Positions 30,645-41,183 of a DNA stretch of 64,000 bases are shown here, one piece after another (the first letter of the stretch is position 1; each line of letters begins with the position of its first letter). Source of the stretch: an uncultured Hyphomicrobiales bacterium. Lineage in GTDB: Bacteria; Bacteroidota; Ignavibacteria; Kapaibacteriales; UBA2268. The notes beneath the pieces were generated by a model. That model saw only the letters and a program-made list of their open reading frames with translations, was not told the DNA's origin and searched no databases. A program made the position numbers and the translations under genes. Location: NCBI GenBank assembly GCA_964464375.1, contig CAYXFU010000012.1, forward strand, positions 15,800-79,799, given 5' to 3'.

Positions 30645-31331
30645 TTAAGTGCCGGCGAAGGCATCGAGAACATCTGCGAGTAGTTCATTATTTAGATTAC
30701 AGTTATTGACATGGCTCATAATATGGTCACGTTTCTGAACATATAATTCTTGGTTTAATTCAGATTCATAACAGTTTAGCATAGATTCTATCATTTCCTC
30801 GGTGAATTCCATGTGGAATTGCATAGCAATTACATTATCCCCGAATGAATAACCCTGATTTACGCAACCGTCGGATTCTGCAAAAGGAATTGCTCCCGCT
30901 GGTAGATCAAAAGTTTCTCCGTGCCAATGGAAGGTTACGAGTGTAGGAGGTAAACATTCAATAGCTTTATTGCCCTGATATGTAATCCAGATCGGATACC
31001 AGCCAATTTCCTGATGAATATTATAATTGACTTCCGCTCCTAAAGCTGTTGAAATCAATTGACTTCCAAGGCAGATTCCAAAGACAAGTTTGCCAACTTT
31101 TATGGATTCCTTAATTAATAATTTTTCCGGTTTGAGCCAGGAGTAGCGGACTTCATCGTTCACACTCATAGCACCACCCATAATCATAAGCATATCAAAA
31201 TCATCTATCGAGGGCAAAGATTCGTCCAAATGTAGATTTGTACTAGTGTAATCATGATCATTGAGAGCAATCCAGTCACTAATTGCACCAATCCCTTCTT
31301 GAGGTAAGTGTATCAGAGAATGTACTCTCAT
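30645..31331 (-). CDS. Type 1 glutamine amidotransferase
   Basis: MGGAMSV, GICLGSQL, WHGETF, QFHME. Confidence 0.9.
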   Translation of the reverse strand: MRVHSLIHLPQEGIGAISDWIALNDHDYTSTNLHLDESLPSIDDFDMLMIMGGAMSVNDEVRYSWLKPEKLLIKESIKVGKLVFGICLGSQLISTALGAEVNYNIHQEIGWYPIWITYQGNKAIECLPPTLVTFHWHGETFDLPAGAIPFAESDGCVNQGYSFGDNVIAMQFHMEFTEEMIESMLNCYESELNQELYVQKRDHIMSHVNNCNLNNELLADVLDAFAGT

Positions 31332-31352
31332 ATAGTACTGATAATATATGGA

Positions 31353-32438
31353 TTAACCATGTCTGACATGGAGGATATCTCCATCTTTAACTATGTACTC
31401 TTTTCCCTCAAGTCTGAATACTCCTTTTTCCTTACACTTCGCAAAATTCTCATATTCAAAGAAGTCTTTTAGTGCAACAACTTCAGCTCTTATGAATTTA
31501 TTATAAAAATCGGTATGAATCACTCCGGCAGCTTCCTGAGCAGTCATTCCTTTTTTTATAGTCCAGGCTCTGTTTTCGTCCTCACCAACTGTGAAGAAGG
31601 ATTGTAAGCCGAGCAGATCATAAGCACTGGAGATTAATCTAGACAATGCTGAATCTTTAAGTCCATACTCAGCCATAAACATATCTTTTTCTTCTTGTTC
31701 AAGCTGAACTAGCTCCATCTCTATCTTGGCAAAGAACGGCTCTATTTTAATATTTTTCCCAGAAAACTTCTGTTTGATATCCGCAACTATTGATTCACTG
31801 TTTTTTATATCAGCTTCATCGAGATTAAGGGCAATAAGAAGTGGTTTTACAGACAATGGTTGATAATTCCTGATATATTTGCTTTCTTCTTCTCCGAAGT
31901 CAAGCTCTCGAAGCGGAGTTTCATTTTGTAATGCTTCGTTCCAGCGAAGAATATATTCCTTTTCTTTTAAAACAGTATCTAAATTCTTGTGTTTGAAAAT
32001 ATCCTTCTCTATTTTTTCAAGCCTACTTTCGCAGAATGACATATCCGCTAGAATAAATTCTTCCTCCAGTGTTCTAATATCTCGCATTAGGTCAATACTA
32101 CCTTCTACATGAGGAACAGAGTCGTCACGAAAGCCGCGGACAACATGGATGATTGCATCGTTAGTCCTTACTTTGGTTAAAAAGGTCGAATTAAATGCAG
32201 ACTGATTATTTTCACTCTTTTGCACTCCCACCAAATCTAATATTTCTATGGTTGCATTGATTCTTTTCTTTGGGTTGAATATCTCATTTAGTTTTTCTAG
32301 TCGATCATCCGGAACCTTTACTATTGCAAGATTTGATTCTCTTTTCTGAAGCGCATTAACGTCGAGATGTGTTTCAGTCAGCGTTTGAAAGAATGTAGTT
32401 TTACCTGAATATGGTAATCCAACGATACCTATTTGCAT
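31353..32438 (-). CDS. ychF: Ribosome-binding ATPase YchF
   Basis: GIVGLP..GKTT, FFTVGE, AAGVIHTDF, RLEGKEYIVKDGD. Confidence 0.95.
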   Translation of the reverse strand: MQIGIVGLPYSGKTTFFQTLTETHLDVNALQKRESNLAIVKVPDDRLEKLNEIFNPKKRINATIEILDLVGVQKSENNQSAFNSTFLTKVRTNDAIIHVVRGFRDDSVPHVEGSIDLMRDIRTLEEEFILADMSFCESRLEKIEKDIFKHKNLDTVLKEKEYILRWNEALQNETPLRELDFGEEESKYIRNYQPLSVKPLLIALNLDEADIKNSESIVADIKQKFSGKNIKIEPFFAKIEMELVQLEQEEKDMFMAEYGLKDSALSRLISSAYDLLGLQSFFTVGEDENRAWTIKKGMTAQEAAGVIHTDFYNKFIRAEVVALKDFFEYENFAKCKEKGVFRLEGKEYIVKDGDILHVRHG

Positions 32439-32643
32439 ATATTGCCTGCTTTTATGATTATTCTAGTTTTGTAGATTTTGAATCACAAAACTACGTAAAA
32501 TATAGGACATAGAGAAAATAAGAATGTCAAAAAGATCATTGACATGACAATTCTCTGACATTAGAAGCGAAATTAATGGTTGATACATATGAGTGTTGTA
32601 AAAGATGTATGTGTGGTCTCTGGAATTCAATTTGGAATAATAC

Positions 32644-32671
32644 AAAAAAAAAGCCGGCGAGCGCCGGCTTT
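32644..32671 (-). terminator. Intrinsic terminator
   Basis: A-run + agccggc-gagc-gccggct downstream of 32691..33101. Confidence 0.75.
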
Positions 32672-32690
32672 ACATTTTAACTGCATCAGA

Positions 32691-33101
32691 TTATTTCTTT
32701 ACTGGTGCTTCTTTTTTCTCTACTTTGGGTTTCATTTCTGTCTTTACTTTTTTAGCGTCTTTTTTAACAACTTCTTTTGCAACCTTAGCGTCTTTTTTTA
32801 CAACTTCTTTAGCAACCTTAGCGTCTTTTTTTACAACTTCTTTAGCAACTTTAGCGTCTTTTGCAACCTTAGCGTCTTTTTTAACAACTTCTTTTGCTAC
32901 TTTTGCGTCTTTTTTGACAACTTCTTTGGCAACTTTAGCATCTTTTTTAACAACTTCTTTTGCAACTTTAGCGTCTTTTTTGACAACTTCTGTTTTTGGC
33001 TTTACATCTTTTTTCAATTCTTTCTTTGCTGGTGCTGGCTGTGCGAAAACTGTTGTTGCAACGAATGCAACTGCGACTAATAATGCAATAAACTGTTTCA
33101 T
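32691..33101 (-). CDS. Secreted Lys/Ala/Val-rich 11-mer repeat protein (Asr/LEA-like)
   Basis: Signal peptide ending VFA; 7 x EVVKKDAK in AKEVVKKDAKV units with synonymous variation; SD AAGGAG; own terminator. Confidence 0.85.
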   Translation of the reverse strand: MKQFIALLVAVAFVATTVFAQPAPAKKELKKDVKPKTEVVKKDAKVAKEVVKKDAKVAKEVVKKDAKVAKEVVKKDAKVAKDAKVAKEVVKKDAKVAKEVVKKDAKVAKEVVKKDAKKVKTEMKPKVEKKEAPVKK

Positions 33102-33171
33102 ATAAAAACTCCTTATTAAAAAAATATTAGAAAATATTGTTCATAATTACGGTTACAAAATTCGGGAATTT

Positions 33172-33190
33172 AAATGAAAGCAAAATGAAA
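33172..33190 (-). promoter_or_regulatory. Putative OmpR-family tandem binding box
   Basis: aaatgaaa-gca-aaatgaaa, an 11-bp periodic direct repeat just upstream of a -7-like box (GAATTTTG on the minus strand). Confidence 0.45.
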
Positions 33191-33251
33191 ATAATTGTTT
33201 GAGTATTATTATGAATAAATATTAATCGTTTTGATAGAAAATTTTCTAAAA

Positions 33252-34652
33252 TTATCTATTATTTTCTAAAATTGGAATACTTATATTCATTGTGTTCACT
33301 GTTTCAACCGATGTAAAAACAACCTTACCACCATGTGCTTCAATGATTGCCTTTATTATTGGCAGACCCAATCCATATCCTTTCGTAGTTCTCGAATCAT
33401 CTGCTCTTTGGAATCTATCGAAAAGTTTTGATAGCAATTCGGGAGATAGTTCATTGCCTGTATTTATTATCCTGATAATGGTATTACCATTGTCAAGTCC
33501 ATTATAAATTCTTATTGGATTACCCGAAAGTGAGTATTTAATAGCATTATCAATTGAATTTATTATTGCCCTTTTCATCATATCCTTGTCGGCAAATAAC
33601 TCAACAGGCTCATCTATGTCAATAATGAATGTTTTATTTTGAGCTAAAGCTAGGTTGTTAAAGTTCGAGACACAATCCAGCAACATTTCATCAAGTCGAA
33701 AAACAGTTTTTTTAAGAACTAACAGGTGTGCATCTGTACGAGCCAATAGTAGCAGATTCTCTGCCAGACTACTAAGGCTCTTCAACTCTTTGATGCACTT
33801 ATCAAGAGGTTCCCTTATTTCGTCACTTAAATCCATTCGGTTAGTCAGAAGCTCTAACTCAAGTCTTACGATGGTGAGTGGTGTACGGAAATCGTGGGAT
33901 GCATCAGCTATAAACCTTCTCTGACTTGCGAATGTTATATCTAATCGATCTATCATATCATTGAATGTACGAGCCAAAAGGGATATCTCATCCTCTGCCT
34001 GCCCAACTGGTACTCTGCGGCTGAGGTTCTCGCCTGAAATCTGCTCTGCTGTTTTGGTTATATCTCTTACAGGTGCAAAGGCTCTTCGGGAGATAAAATA
34101 TCCTACTATTGCCGCGGCTAGTAAAAACAATGGGCTAATAATGAACAGAATGTAGCCTAGTGTGCTTAGAGAATTATTGAATCTTTCGAGAGAAGTAATC
34201 ATCAGCAATTCAAGATCATCTTTTTTTGCTCCATGTATTCTCTTTTTAAATAATCGGAATTCTTCATCCTTAATTGTAATTGAACTGAAACGTTCCTCCA
34301 TAACTTTTTCATCAGCTTCGAAAATTGGCCTTATCAAAGAATCAATTTCAATTTTTTCATCTGATTCGAATATTATGGAATCCTTGTTTGCTAGAATAAA
34401 GTTATAATTCATCTGCAGAGGTTTTTTTCTTACATCTCTTCTACTGGTCAATCGCTTGAATACGTAGGATAGATCACGGCTCTCCAGGTATTGGTTTGTG
34501 GTGAGGAATTCCGCATAATCCTGCAATTCGGCATCTATAGAGGAAAGCCGCTGTGCATAATAGATATAATACATCGAAATTCCCATCATACCAATGATGA
34601 TGGTCGATGCTGTTAGATAGAGGAGCGATATTCTAGTAGAAATTTTTAACAT
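33252..34652 (-). CDS. HAMP-domain sensor histidine kinase
   Basis: Two TM segments, HAMP, ADASHDFRTPL H-box, NAIKYS, GYGLGL. Confidence 0.93.
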   Translation of the reverse strand: MLKISTRISLLYLTASTIIIGMMGISMYYIYYAQRLSSIDAELQDYAEFLTTNQYLESRDLSYVFKRLTSRRDVRKKPLQMNYNFILANKDSIIFESDEKIEIDSLIRPIFEADEKVMEERFSSITIKDEEFRLFKKRIHGAKKDDLELLMITSLERFNNSLSTLGYILFIISPLFLLAAAIVGYFISRRAFAPVRDITKTAEQISGENLSRRVPVGQAEDEISLLARTFNDMIDRLDITFASQRRFIADASHDFRTPLTIVRLELELLTNRMDLSDEIREPLDKCIKELKSLSSLAENLLLLARTDAHLLVLKKTVFRLDEMLLDCVSNFNNLALAQNKTFIIDIDEPVELFADKDMMKRAIINSIDNAIKYSLSGNPIRIYNGLDNGNTIIRIINTGNELSPELLSKLFDRFQRADDSRTTKGYGLGLPIIKAIIEAHGGKVVFTSVETVNTMNISIPILENNR

Positions 34653-34660
34653 TAATAAGT

Positions 34661-35329
34661 CTATTCCATCAATTTATAACCAACGCCACGCATAGTATGA
34701 ATAAGCTGTGTATCAAAATCCTTATCTATCTTCAATCTGAGAAATCTTACAAATGAATCAATTACGTTTGATTGTGGATCGAAGTTCATATCCCACACAT
34801 GCTCAGATATCATCTCTCGCGTTAATACCTTATTCTTGTGCATAACGAAGTATTCAAGCATGGCAAATTCTTTGGCAGAAAGATTTATGTCCTTACCTGC
34901 TCTGGTAACGGATCGTTCACTCGTATCCATTGTAAGGTCAGCCACCTGCATTATTGTAGTTTTCTGATCAGTTTGTCTTCTCATTAGAGACCGCACTCTT
35001 GCTAGCAATTCTCCCAAATCGAATGGCTTTGTCAGATAATCATCAGCACCTTCGTCCAAACCACGTATCTTGTTTTCTATTGTGTCGAGTGCTGTTAACA
35101 TTAGTATTGGAGTAGTAAATTTATTCTTGCGTAGCTCTCGGCATACCTCCCAACCGTTGATGTCAGGCAGCATTATGTCCAGAATAAGCAGGTCATAGTC
35201 ATTAACCTCTGCCAGCTCCAGTCCGTCCTCACCTGTGCCAGCGACATCAACTGAATAGTGTTGTTCTGCAAGTGCTCGTTTTAGAGCATCTGCAATATTT
35301 ACTTCATCTTCAATAATCAGAATACGCAT
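34661..35329 (-). CDS. OmpR family response regulator (CusR/ArlR-like)
   Basis: LDIMLP, GADDYLTKPF, LR.KID, IHTMRGVGY. Confidence 0.95.
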   Translation of the reverse strand: MRILIIEDEVNIADALKRALAEQHYSVDVAGTGEDGLELAEVNDYDLLILDIMLPDINGWEVCRELRKNKFTTPILMLTALDTIENKIRGLDEGADDYLTKPFDLGELLARVRSLMRRQTDQKTTIMQVADLTMDTSERSVTRAGKDINLSAKEFAMLEYFVMHKNKVLTREMISEHVWDMNFDPQSNVIDSFVRFLRLKIDKDFDTQLIHTMRGVGYKLME

Positions 35330-35470
35330 AAGATTAACACCAAGTAATTAATAATGCTCAAATTTAAGAAAAAGACTCATCAAAACGAAAAGCAATCATA
35401 ATAAATACTGTTTATCTAGCCAGGCATCTATCTGGAAGCCGAAGATTTATCAAATAGTCACTTTGTGTAG

Positions 35471-36334
35471 TTATATCTCTTCAAATTCCATGTGGATGTT
35501 GGCTCCCATGACGCTGTGAGTCAGTGCTCCGATTGAGATTGCATTTATTCCCGTATCAACGTAGTCCAATAGATTTGTAAGATTGATTCCTCCGGATGAT
35601 TCGATAAATATCTCGTTTCCGTTTGGATAGGTACGAATCAGTTTAACTGCCGATATTGTTCTTTCTCTGTTCATATTGTCGAGTAGGAAACCATCGAGAC
35701 CGCACTCAAGTGCTTCTTTGATCTGATCTTCGTTTTCTACTTCAAGTTCAATCGGTAATCCGAAATTCTTAGATTTGACGGTTTTGAGTGCATTGGTTAT
35801 GCCTCCGGCTGCCTGTATATGATTATCCTTAATGAGTATTCCAGAGGACAGATCAAGCCTGTGGTTATAGCCACCACCCATGGTTACCGCATATTTTTCA
35901 AATAAACGAAGTCCGGGAGTGGTTTTGCGTGTGTCGAGTATTTTAACATTGTGGGGTTTGGCTATTTCTGTATACTTTGAGGTAAATGTGGCGATACCGG
36001 AAAGTCTCTGCATAAGATTGAGAATAGTTCTTTCCTTGGTTAGGATTTCTGCTGCATCTGTCTCGATTACGGCTATGATTGCTCCGTTCTGTACAAAGTC
36101 GCCATCATTGAAATTCTGTTTTGCAAAATCTCTGTAGAAAAAAAATGGAAGACAGTTAGCTCCTGCAAGTACCAGATCATCTTCTGCCTGGATAATTGCT
36201 CTAACTTTATGAGTGCTGACATAGATGCCCTCAGTTGTTTTGTCGCCATCGGGAGTGTCCTCCTGAAGAAACTCATCGATTTTTCTGAGTATATAATCTT
36301 CTGGCAAGGTTCTGATTTGTTCATATTTTATCAT
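35471..36334 (-). CDS. nadC: Quinolinate phosphoribosyltransferase
   Basis: LDTRKTTPGLR, NHR..LS..ILIKDNH, LLDNM, SIGALTHS. Confidence 0.95.
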   Translation of the reverse strand: MIKYEQIRTLPEDYILRKIDEFLQEDTPDGDKTTEGIYVSTHKVRAIIQAEDDLVLAGANCLPFFFYRDFAKQNFNDGDFVQNGAIIAVIETDAAEILTKERTILNLMQRLSGIATFTSKYTEIAKPHNVKILDTRKTTPGLRLFEKYAVTMGGGYNHRLDLSSGILIKDNHIQAAGGITNALKTVKSKNFGLPIELEVENEDQIKEALECGLDGFLLDNMNRERTISAVKLIRTYPNGNEIFIESSGGINLTNLLDYVDTGINAISIGALTHSVMGANIHMEFEEI

Positions 36335-36957
36335 ATTGTTTCTCTGGATGGAGTTGATATTTCATTGTTAAATTTATTGAGCATGGAATAAAGCATCTCG
36401 AGCGGAAGACCGACTATGTTGTAGTAACATCCCTCAATGCGGCTGATGAATACAGCCCCCATATCATCCTGAATGCCATAAGCTCCTGCTTTGTCGAGCG
36501 GTGAACCACCTGCCACATAGGCTTCGATCTCATGCTGCGCTAATTTTCTGAATGTAACTTTAGTTGTTTTTACTTCAGTTGTTGACTTACCAGTTACAGA
36601 ATTGACAAGTGAAACACCAGTATATACTACATGTGTGTTGCCGCTTAGCATACTCAGCATCCTGACTGCATCGGCTGCATCAGTTGGTTTATTAAGAATA
36701 GTATTATCGAGACATACAATAGTGTCTGCTCCCAAAACAATTGCAGGATAATCAACTCGTGAAGCGACTTCCTGTGCTTTTTTGAGTGACAGTTGTCCTG
36801 CATAATCAACTGGGTTGATGTGAAGCGGATGTTCGGATTCATCTATTGATGAATGAATAACATCGAACTTCAGAGAAATCTGAGTCAGGAGCTTACTTCT
36901 TCTTGGTGACTGTGAAGCAAGGACTAAAGGTAGTTTCAGGTTAAAAATATCTATCAT
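36331..36957 (-). CDS. maf: Maf family nucleotide pyrophosphatase
   Basis: LASQSPRR, GADTIV, DKAGAYGIQ, NIVGLP. Confidence 0.95.
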   Translation of the reverse strand: MIDIFNLKLPLVLASQSPRRSKLLTQISLKFDVIHSSIDESEHPLHINPVDYAGQLSLKKAQEVASRVDYPAIVLGADTIVCLDNTILNKPTDAADAVRMLSMLSGNTHVVYTGVSLVNSVTGKSTTEVKTTKVTFRKLAQHEIEAYVAGGSPLDKAGAYGIQDDMGAVFISRIEGCYYNIVGLPLEMLYSMLNKFNNEISTPSRETI

Positions 36958-36974
36958 TAAATTCAGTCGATTTT

Positions 36975-37610
36975 TTAGTTAAAGTAAAAAGTAAGTATAA
37001 ATCCAAGTCCACCTAATCCGGTTTTAATATCAAAAGTAGATGGGAAATCGCGAGTCTGCTCTAATGTTCCCGACTTGTAAAGTGTGCTGCCAGAGCTATA
37101 CACAAAGCTAACTGAATATTCGAGAGATAAACTTAGACTTTTAACCGGGAACCACTCTGCTCCGGCGAACAAGGCACCTCCGAACTGATAGATACTAGAT
37201 GTAATCGATTGATTCTTGTTATTGATACCGGAAGTATCAAGATTCTCATAAGATGTGATTAATTCAGCTCCATAATATGATATTATATTCCAGCCTCTCG
37301 CTGCATCAGTTCTTATTCCGGGTGTTATACTGAAACTATAATTAGTTTCTGAGTAGGCTGATTCTGTATTATCAGGCTTTGGCAAGGATGATGATCTATA
37401 GCTTACTCCAATTGGAAGGCGTATTGCTGTACTTTTATTAATAAAAAACTGATAGCCAATTCCCCCCTTGAAATTTCCTGGTGTGATACCAGCACCTGCA
37501 AAATTGAACATGAGCGACTGATTGCCGATTCTGAGCGTGTCTGCCAGCTCAGCAGATGTTGCACTGATTGAAATTGTGATTAATAGAATTAATATTATTC
37601 GTAACTTCAT
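36975..37610 (-). CDS. Outer-membrane beta-barrel protein
   Basis: Signal peptide, alternating amphipathic strands, GAEWF..SLSLEY, terminal FYFN. Confidence 0.75.
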   Translation of the reverse strand: MKLRIILILLITISISATSAELADTLRIGNQSLMFNFAGAGITPGNFKGGIGYQFFINKSTAIRLPIGVSYRSSSLPKPDNTESAYSETNYSFSITPGIRTDAARGWNIISYYGAELITSYENLDTSGINNKNQSITSSIYQFGGALFAGAEWFPVKSLSLSLEYSVSFVYSSGSTLYKSGTLEQTRDFPSTFDIKTGLGGLGFILTFYFN

Positions 37611-37731
37611 TATCTTTTAGTTAATATTGAAAAATCTTTTTGAAAAAATAACAAAAAAATTATAATTTTCTTTTATCAGAATGTAAAATTAATCAAATAT
37701 TTAGACTTAACCATTAACGATGGAGTAAATC

Positions 37732-38412
37732 ATGTTGAAGTTAACCTACTTAAGTCATTCAAGTTTCCTTCTTGACGATGGAAATGAAAAGCTGATCATT
37801 GATCCGTTCATAACAGGCAATCCAAATAGTCCAATCAAAAATGTGAATGACATCAAAGTCAATTACATTGTGCTGACACATGCTCATGGCGATCATCTGG
37901 GTGATGGAATCGAAATATCAAAAGCATGTGGAGCAACTATCATAGCTGTTAACGAGCTTGCAAACTATGTCACCGAGAAAGGTGCGAAGGCACACAATAT
38001 GCACATTGGAGGCGGATGGAACTTCAGTTTCGGCAGACTGAAATTCACGATAGCCCATCATGGATCGGCAACTCCGGATGGGAAATATATGGGAGAGCCT
38101 GCAGGTGTAGTGATTAAAATGGGTGGAAAAACTTTATATCATACAGGAGATACGGGATTGTTCCTCGATATGAAGCTAATTGGCGAAAGAGACAAGATTG
38201 ATCTGCTTTGCTTGCCGATTGGAGATAACTTCACAATGGGGATAGACGACGCTGTTAAAGCTACTGAGTTCGTCAAACCTGTTCTAGCCATACCAATGCA
38301 TTACAATACATTTAAAATAATAGAAGCCGATCCTCACGAATTTGTATTAAAGGTGAAAAGCATTAGAATCAATAGCCTGGTTATGGAATTTGGTCAGACA
38401 TTGGAGTTTTAG
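37732..38412 (+). CDS. Metallo-beta-lactamase fold hydrolase (UPF0173)
   Basis: THAHGDH, YHTGDT, PIGDNFTM, PMHYNTF. Confidence 0.9.
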   Translation: MLKLTYLSHSSFLLDDGNEKLIIDPFITGNPNSPIKNVNDIKVNYIVLTHAHGDHLGDGIEISKACGATIIAVNELANYVTEKGAKAHNMHIGGGWNFSFGRLKFTIAHHGSATPDGKYMGEPAGVVIKMGGKTLYHTGDTGLFLDMKLIGERDKIDLLCLPIGDNFTMGIDDAVKATEFVKPVLAIPMHYNTFKIIEADPHEFVLKVKSIRINSLVMEFGQTLEF

Positions 38413-38418
38413 AAATTA

Positions 38419-38982
38419 ATGAGTCCCGAATTCAGAATAAATACAGCCCGACTTGTCCTCCGACCATATACATTGGAGGATGTAGATAATTTGTTTGCAC
38501 TCTGGGGTGATGCCGATGTTATGAGGCTCATCCCCGAGGGTGTAGCTGAACGTAGTTTCATCGAAATGATAATGCCATTCATCGTTCAGAGCTTTGCTGA
38601 CTGCCAACCTGATAATTTCCAGAACTTTGGTATGATGGTAACTCTGCCTGCTAGCGGGGAAGTCGTTGGCTGGTGCGGATTAATAAAAATGTTCCCATTT
38701 CCTGAGAATATTGAGCTGTATGTTGGATTTGCAAAGTCTTATTGGGGTAAAGGTTATGCAGAGGAAGTGGCAGAAGGGTTAATGGATTATGGATTTAATG
38801 TCTTCGGATTCAGTGAAATCACGGCGGTAGTTGTACCTGAACATAATGCATCTAAACACATACTCGAAAAATTGGGAATGGATTTCCGGTATATCGTATC
38901 TGGTTCACCCGAACAATGGCAATACTACGATGGATTATTGCTTTATTCGAAAAAGAATACCAAGAAGATTCTATCAAGTTAA
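38419..38982 (+). CDS. GNAT/RimJ family acetyltransferase
   Basis: TARLVLRP, YWGKGYA.E, N.AS..LEKLG. Confidence 0.88.
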   Translation: MSPEFRINTARLVLRPYTLEDVDNLFALWGDADVMRLIPEGVAERSFIEMIMPFIVQSFADCQPDNFQNFGMMVTLPASGEVVGWCGLIKMFPFPENIELYVGFAKSYWGKGYAEEVAEGLMDYGFNVFGFSEITAVVVPEHNASKHILEKLGMDFRYIVSGSPEQWQYYDGLLLYSKKNTKKILSS

Positions 38983-39200
38983 AAACATTATCTGCTTTCA
39001 CAAGTAACTGTGTTTTGGAACACAAAGAGTCCAGTTATAGTATCGGTTAAAAAATTGATACATTGCAGAAGGAAGTTATCTAAAAATTTATTTTTAATAC
39101 CCTAATTTTCAAAACTTAACTTTTTTAAATTTTTATTATGTTCTTCTGTTTTGTACTTTTGCCTATTAAAATTTAATAAATTAAAAAATCAATCAAATCT

Positions 39201-41183
39201 ATGAGTGAAGCAACCAATAGCATAAAAAATGAAAAAATAGAAAAAAGCCTACCAAAGTTTGGATTAATTGGTATAATTATTACAATGGGTATTGTATATG
39301 GAGATATTGGGACATCTCCACTATACGTAATGAATGCATTAATTGACGGAACAAGACTTTCTCCGGATTTTATTATCGGTGCCATTTCCTGTGTAATTTG
39401 GACATTAACTTTTCAAACTACTATTAAATATGTTTTAATTACGTTAAAAGCACATAATAACGGTGAGGGTGGGATATTAGCTCTATATGCTTTACTGAGA
39501 AAGAAAAAGAAGTATTTATATATTTTTGCAATGATTGGAGGAGCAGCATTACTGGCTGATGGGGTAATAACACCTGCAATTACAATTACTTCTGCTGTTG
39601 AAGGATTAAAGCTTATTAATCCACAGATAACAGTAATACCTATTGTTTTAGCTATTTTTATTGTTCTGTTTTTTTCTCAGCAATTTGGAACCAATATATT
39701 GGGAAAATCCTTCGGTCCCATTATGTTAATTTGGTTTTCCGTAATTGGAACCATTGGTTTTGTAGAAATATTTGAGTATCCTCTAATATTAAAAGCATTT
39801 AATCCATATTATGTCTTTGTCTTTCTCACTGAATTTCCCGAAGGATTAATATTATTAGGTGCTGTATTTCTTTGTACAACTGGTGCAGAAGCATTGTATT
39901 CAGATTTAGGGCATTGTGGTTATAAAAACATTAAAATATCTTGGATATTTGTTAAGACCGCATTGATTTTGAATTACTTAGGTCAGGGTGCATGGATTCT
40001 GACACATCCAAATCTAACAACCGCGACTACTAATCCTTTTTTCGCAATAATGCCCCAATGGTTTCTTTTGCCTGGTATTATCCTTGCCACTCTGGCTTCG
40101 ATAATAGCCAGCCAAGCATTATTGAGTGGTACCTTTACATTAATTTCTGAAGCTATTCAATTGAATTTGTGGCCAAAATTAAAAATTGATTATCCTACAC
40201 AAGTCAAAGGTCAGATGTACATTCCATTTGTCAATTGGATGTTGTTTTTTTCCTGTATTTTTGTTGTACTATTTTTTAAAGAATCTTCCAATATGGAAGC
40301 AGCGTACGGATTAGCAATTACCATCACAATGTTGATGACAACTATCCTTGTAACTTATCACCTCAAATTAAATAGAAAAATAAATGTATTTATAATTTCA
40401 GCATTCTTATTTATATTTCTAACTATAGAATCTACTTTTTTATATGCTAATGTAAATAAATTTATTCATGGAGGATGGTTCTCTATTCTCTTATCGTTTG
40501 TTTTCGGTTTGATAATGTATGTATGGTTCAATGCAAGGGAAATTAAAAAAAGATATTTGCAGTTTACAAATTTATCACAGTATTTGCCAGCTATAAGCGA
40601 TTTGCAAAAAGATAAAATGGTACCCTGCTTTACTTCTAACTTAGTTTATTTAACCAAAGCTGATAGTCCCACTGAAATTGAGAGCAAAATTGTATATTCA
40701 ATTTTAAATAAATTCCCCAAAAGGGCAGATAAGTACTGGTTTATTCATATTAACTATACTGATGAACCAAGCGGAATTGCATATACTGTAACAAAGCTGG
40801 TGCCTGATATAGTTTTTAGAATAGATTTCCATATTGGTTTCAGAATAAATCCTAAAATTAATGTGTTTTTTCGAAAAGTCATTGAAGAAATGATTTTAAC
40901 CAAAGAAATTGACATAACAAGTAGTTTCCCTTCATTGAGAAATCACAACATAACAGGAGATTTCAAATTTGTACTGATAGATAGGATTCATAATTACGAT
41001 TTTGATTTAAAAATCTCAGATAAATTAATAATGAAATTTCATGAATTAATAAATAAGATAAGTATTACTGATAGTAGTGCCTTTGGTTTAGACACCAGTG
41101 TTGTAATTGACGAAAAAGTTCCATTACATCATAAAAATGTAATACAAGTTGATTTACATAGAATTCTACCAAAAGAAATTTAA
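39201..41183 (+). CDS. kup: KUP/HAK potassium transporter
   Basis: GIVYGDIGTSPLY, GEGGILAL, DGVITPAI, TGAEALYSDLGH. Confidence 0.95.
   Translation: MSEATNSIKNEKIEKSLPKFGLIGIIITMGIVYGDIGTSPLYVMNALIDGTRLSPDFIIGAISCVIWTLTFQTTIKYVLITLKAHNNGEGGILALYALLRKKKKYLYIFAMIGGAALLADGVITPAITITSAVEGLKLINPQITVIPIVLAIFIVLFFSQQFGTNILGKSFGPIMLIWFSVIGTIGFVEIFEYPLILKAFNPYYVFVFLTEFPEGLILLGAVFLCTTGAEALYSDLGHCGYKNIKISWIFVKTALILNYLGQGAWILTHPNLTTATTNPFFAIMPQWFLLPGIILATLASIIASQALLSGTFTLISEAIQLNLWPKLKIDYPTQVKGQMYIPFVNWMLFFSCIFVVLFFKESSNMEAAYGLAITITMLMTTILVTYHLKLNRKINVFIISAFLFIFLTIESTFLYANVNKFIHGGWFSILLSFVFGLIMYVWFNAREIKKRYLQFTNLSQYLPAISDLQKDKMVPCFTSNLVYLTKADSPTEIESKIVYSILNKFPKRADKYWFIHINYTDEPSGIAYTVTKLVPDIVFRIDFHIGFRINPKINVFFRKVIEEMILTKEIDITSSFPSLRNHNITGDFKFVLIDRIHNYDFDLKISDKLIMKFHELINKISITDSSAFGLDTSVVIDEKVPLHHKNVIQVDLHRILPKEI

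Noticed and set aside
32580-33105. Plus-strand Phe-rich and Thr/Ser-rich ORFs; 33-bp periodicity suggesting CRISPR
   Set aside because: Antisense shadows. The repeats are contiguous and vary at synonymous positions of the minus-strand gene, which has an SD, signal peptide and terminator.
39000-39200. c-di-AMP (ydaO) riboswitch before kup
   Set aside because: The conserved GCTGAA..GGGGGA/CCCG motifs are not present.
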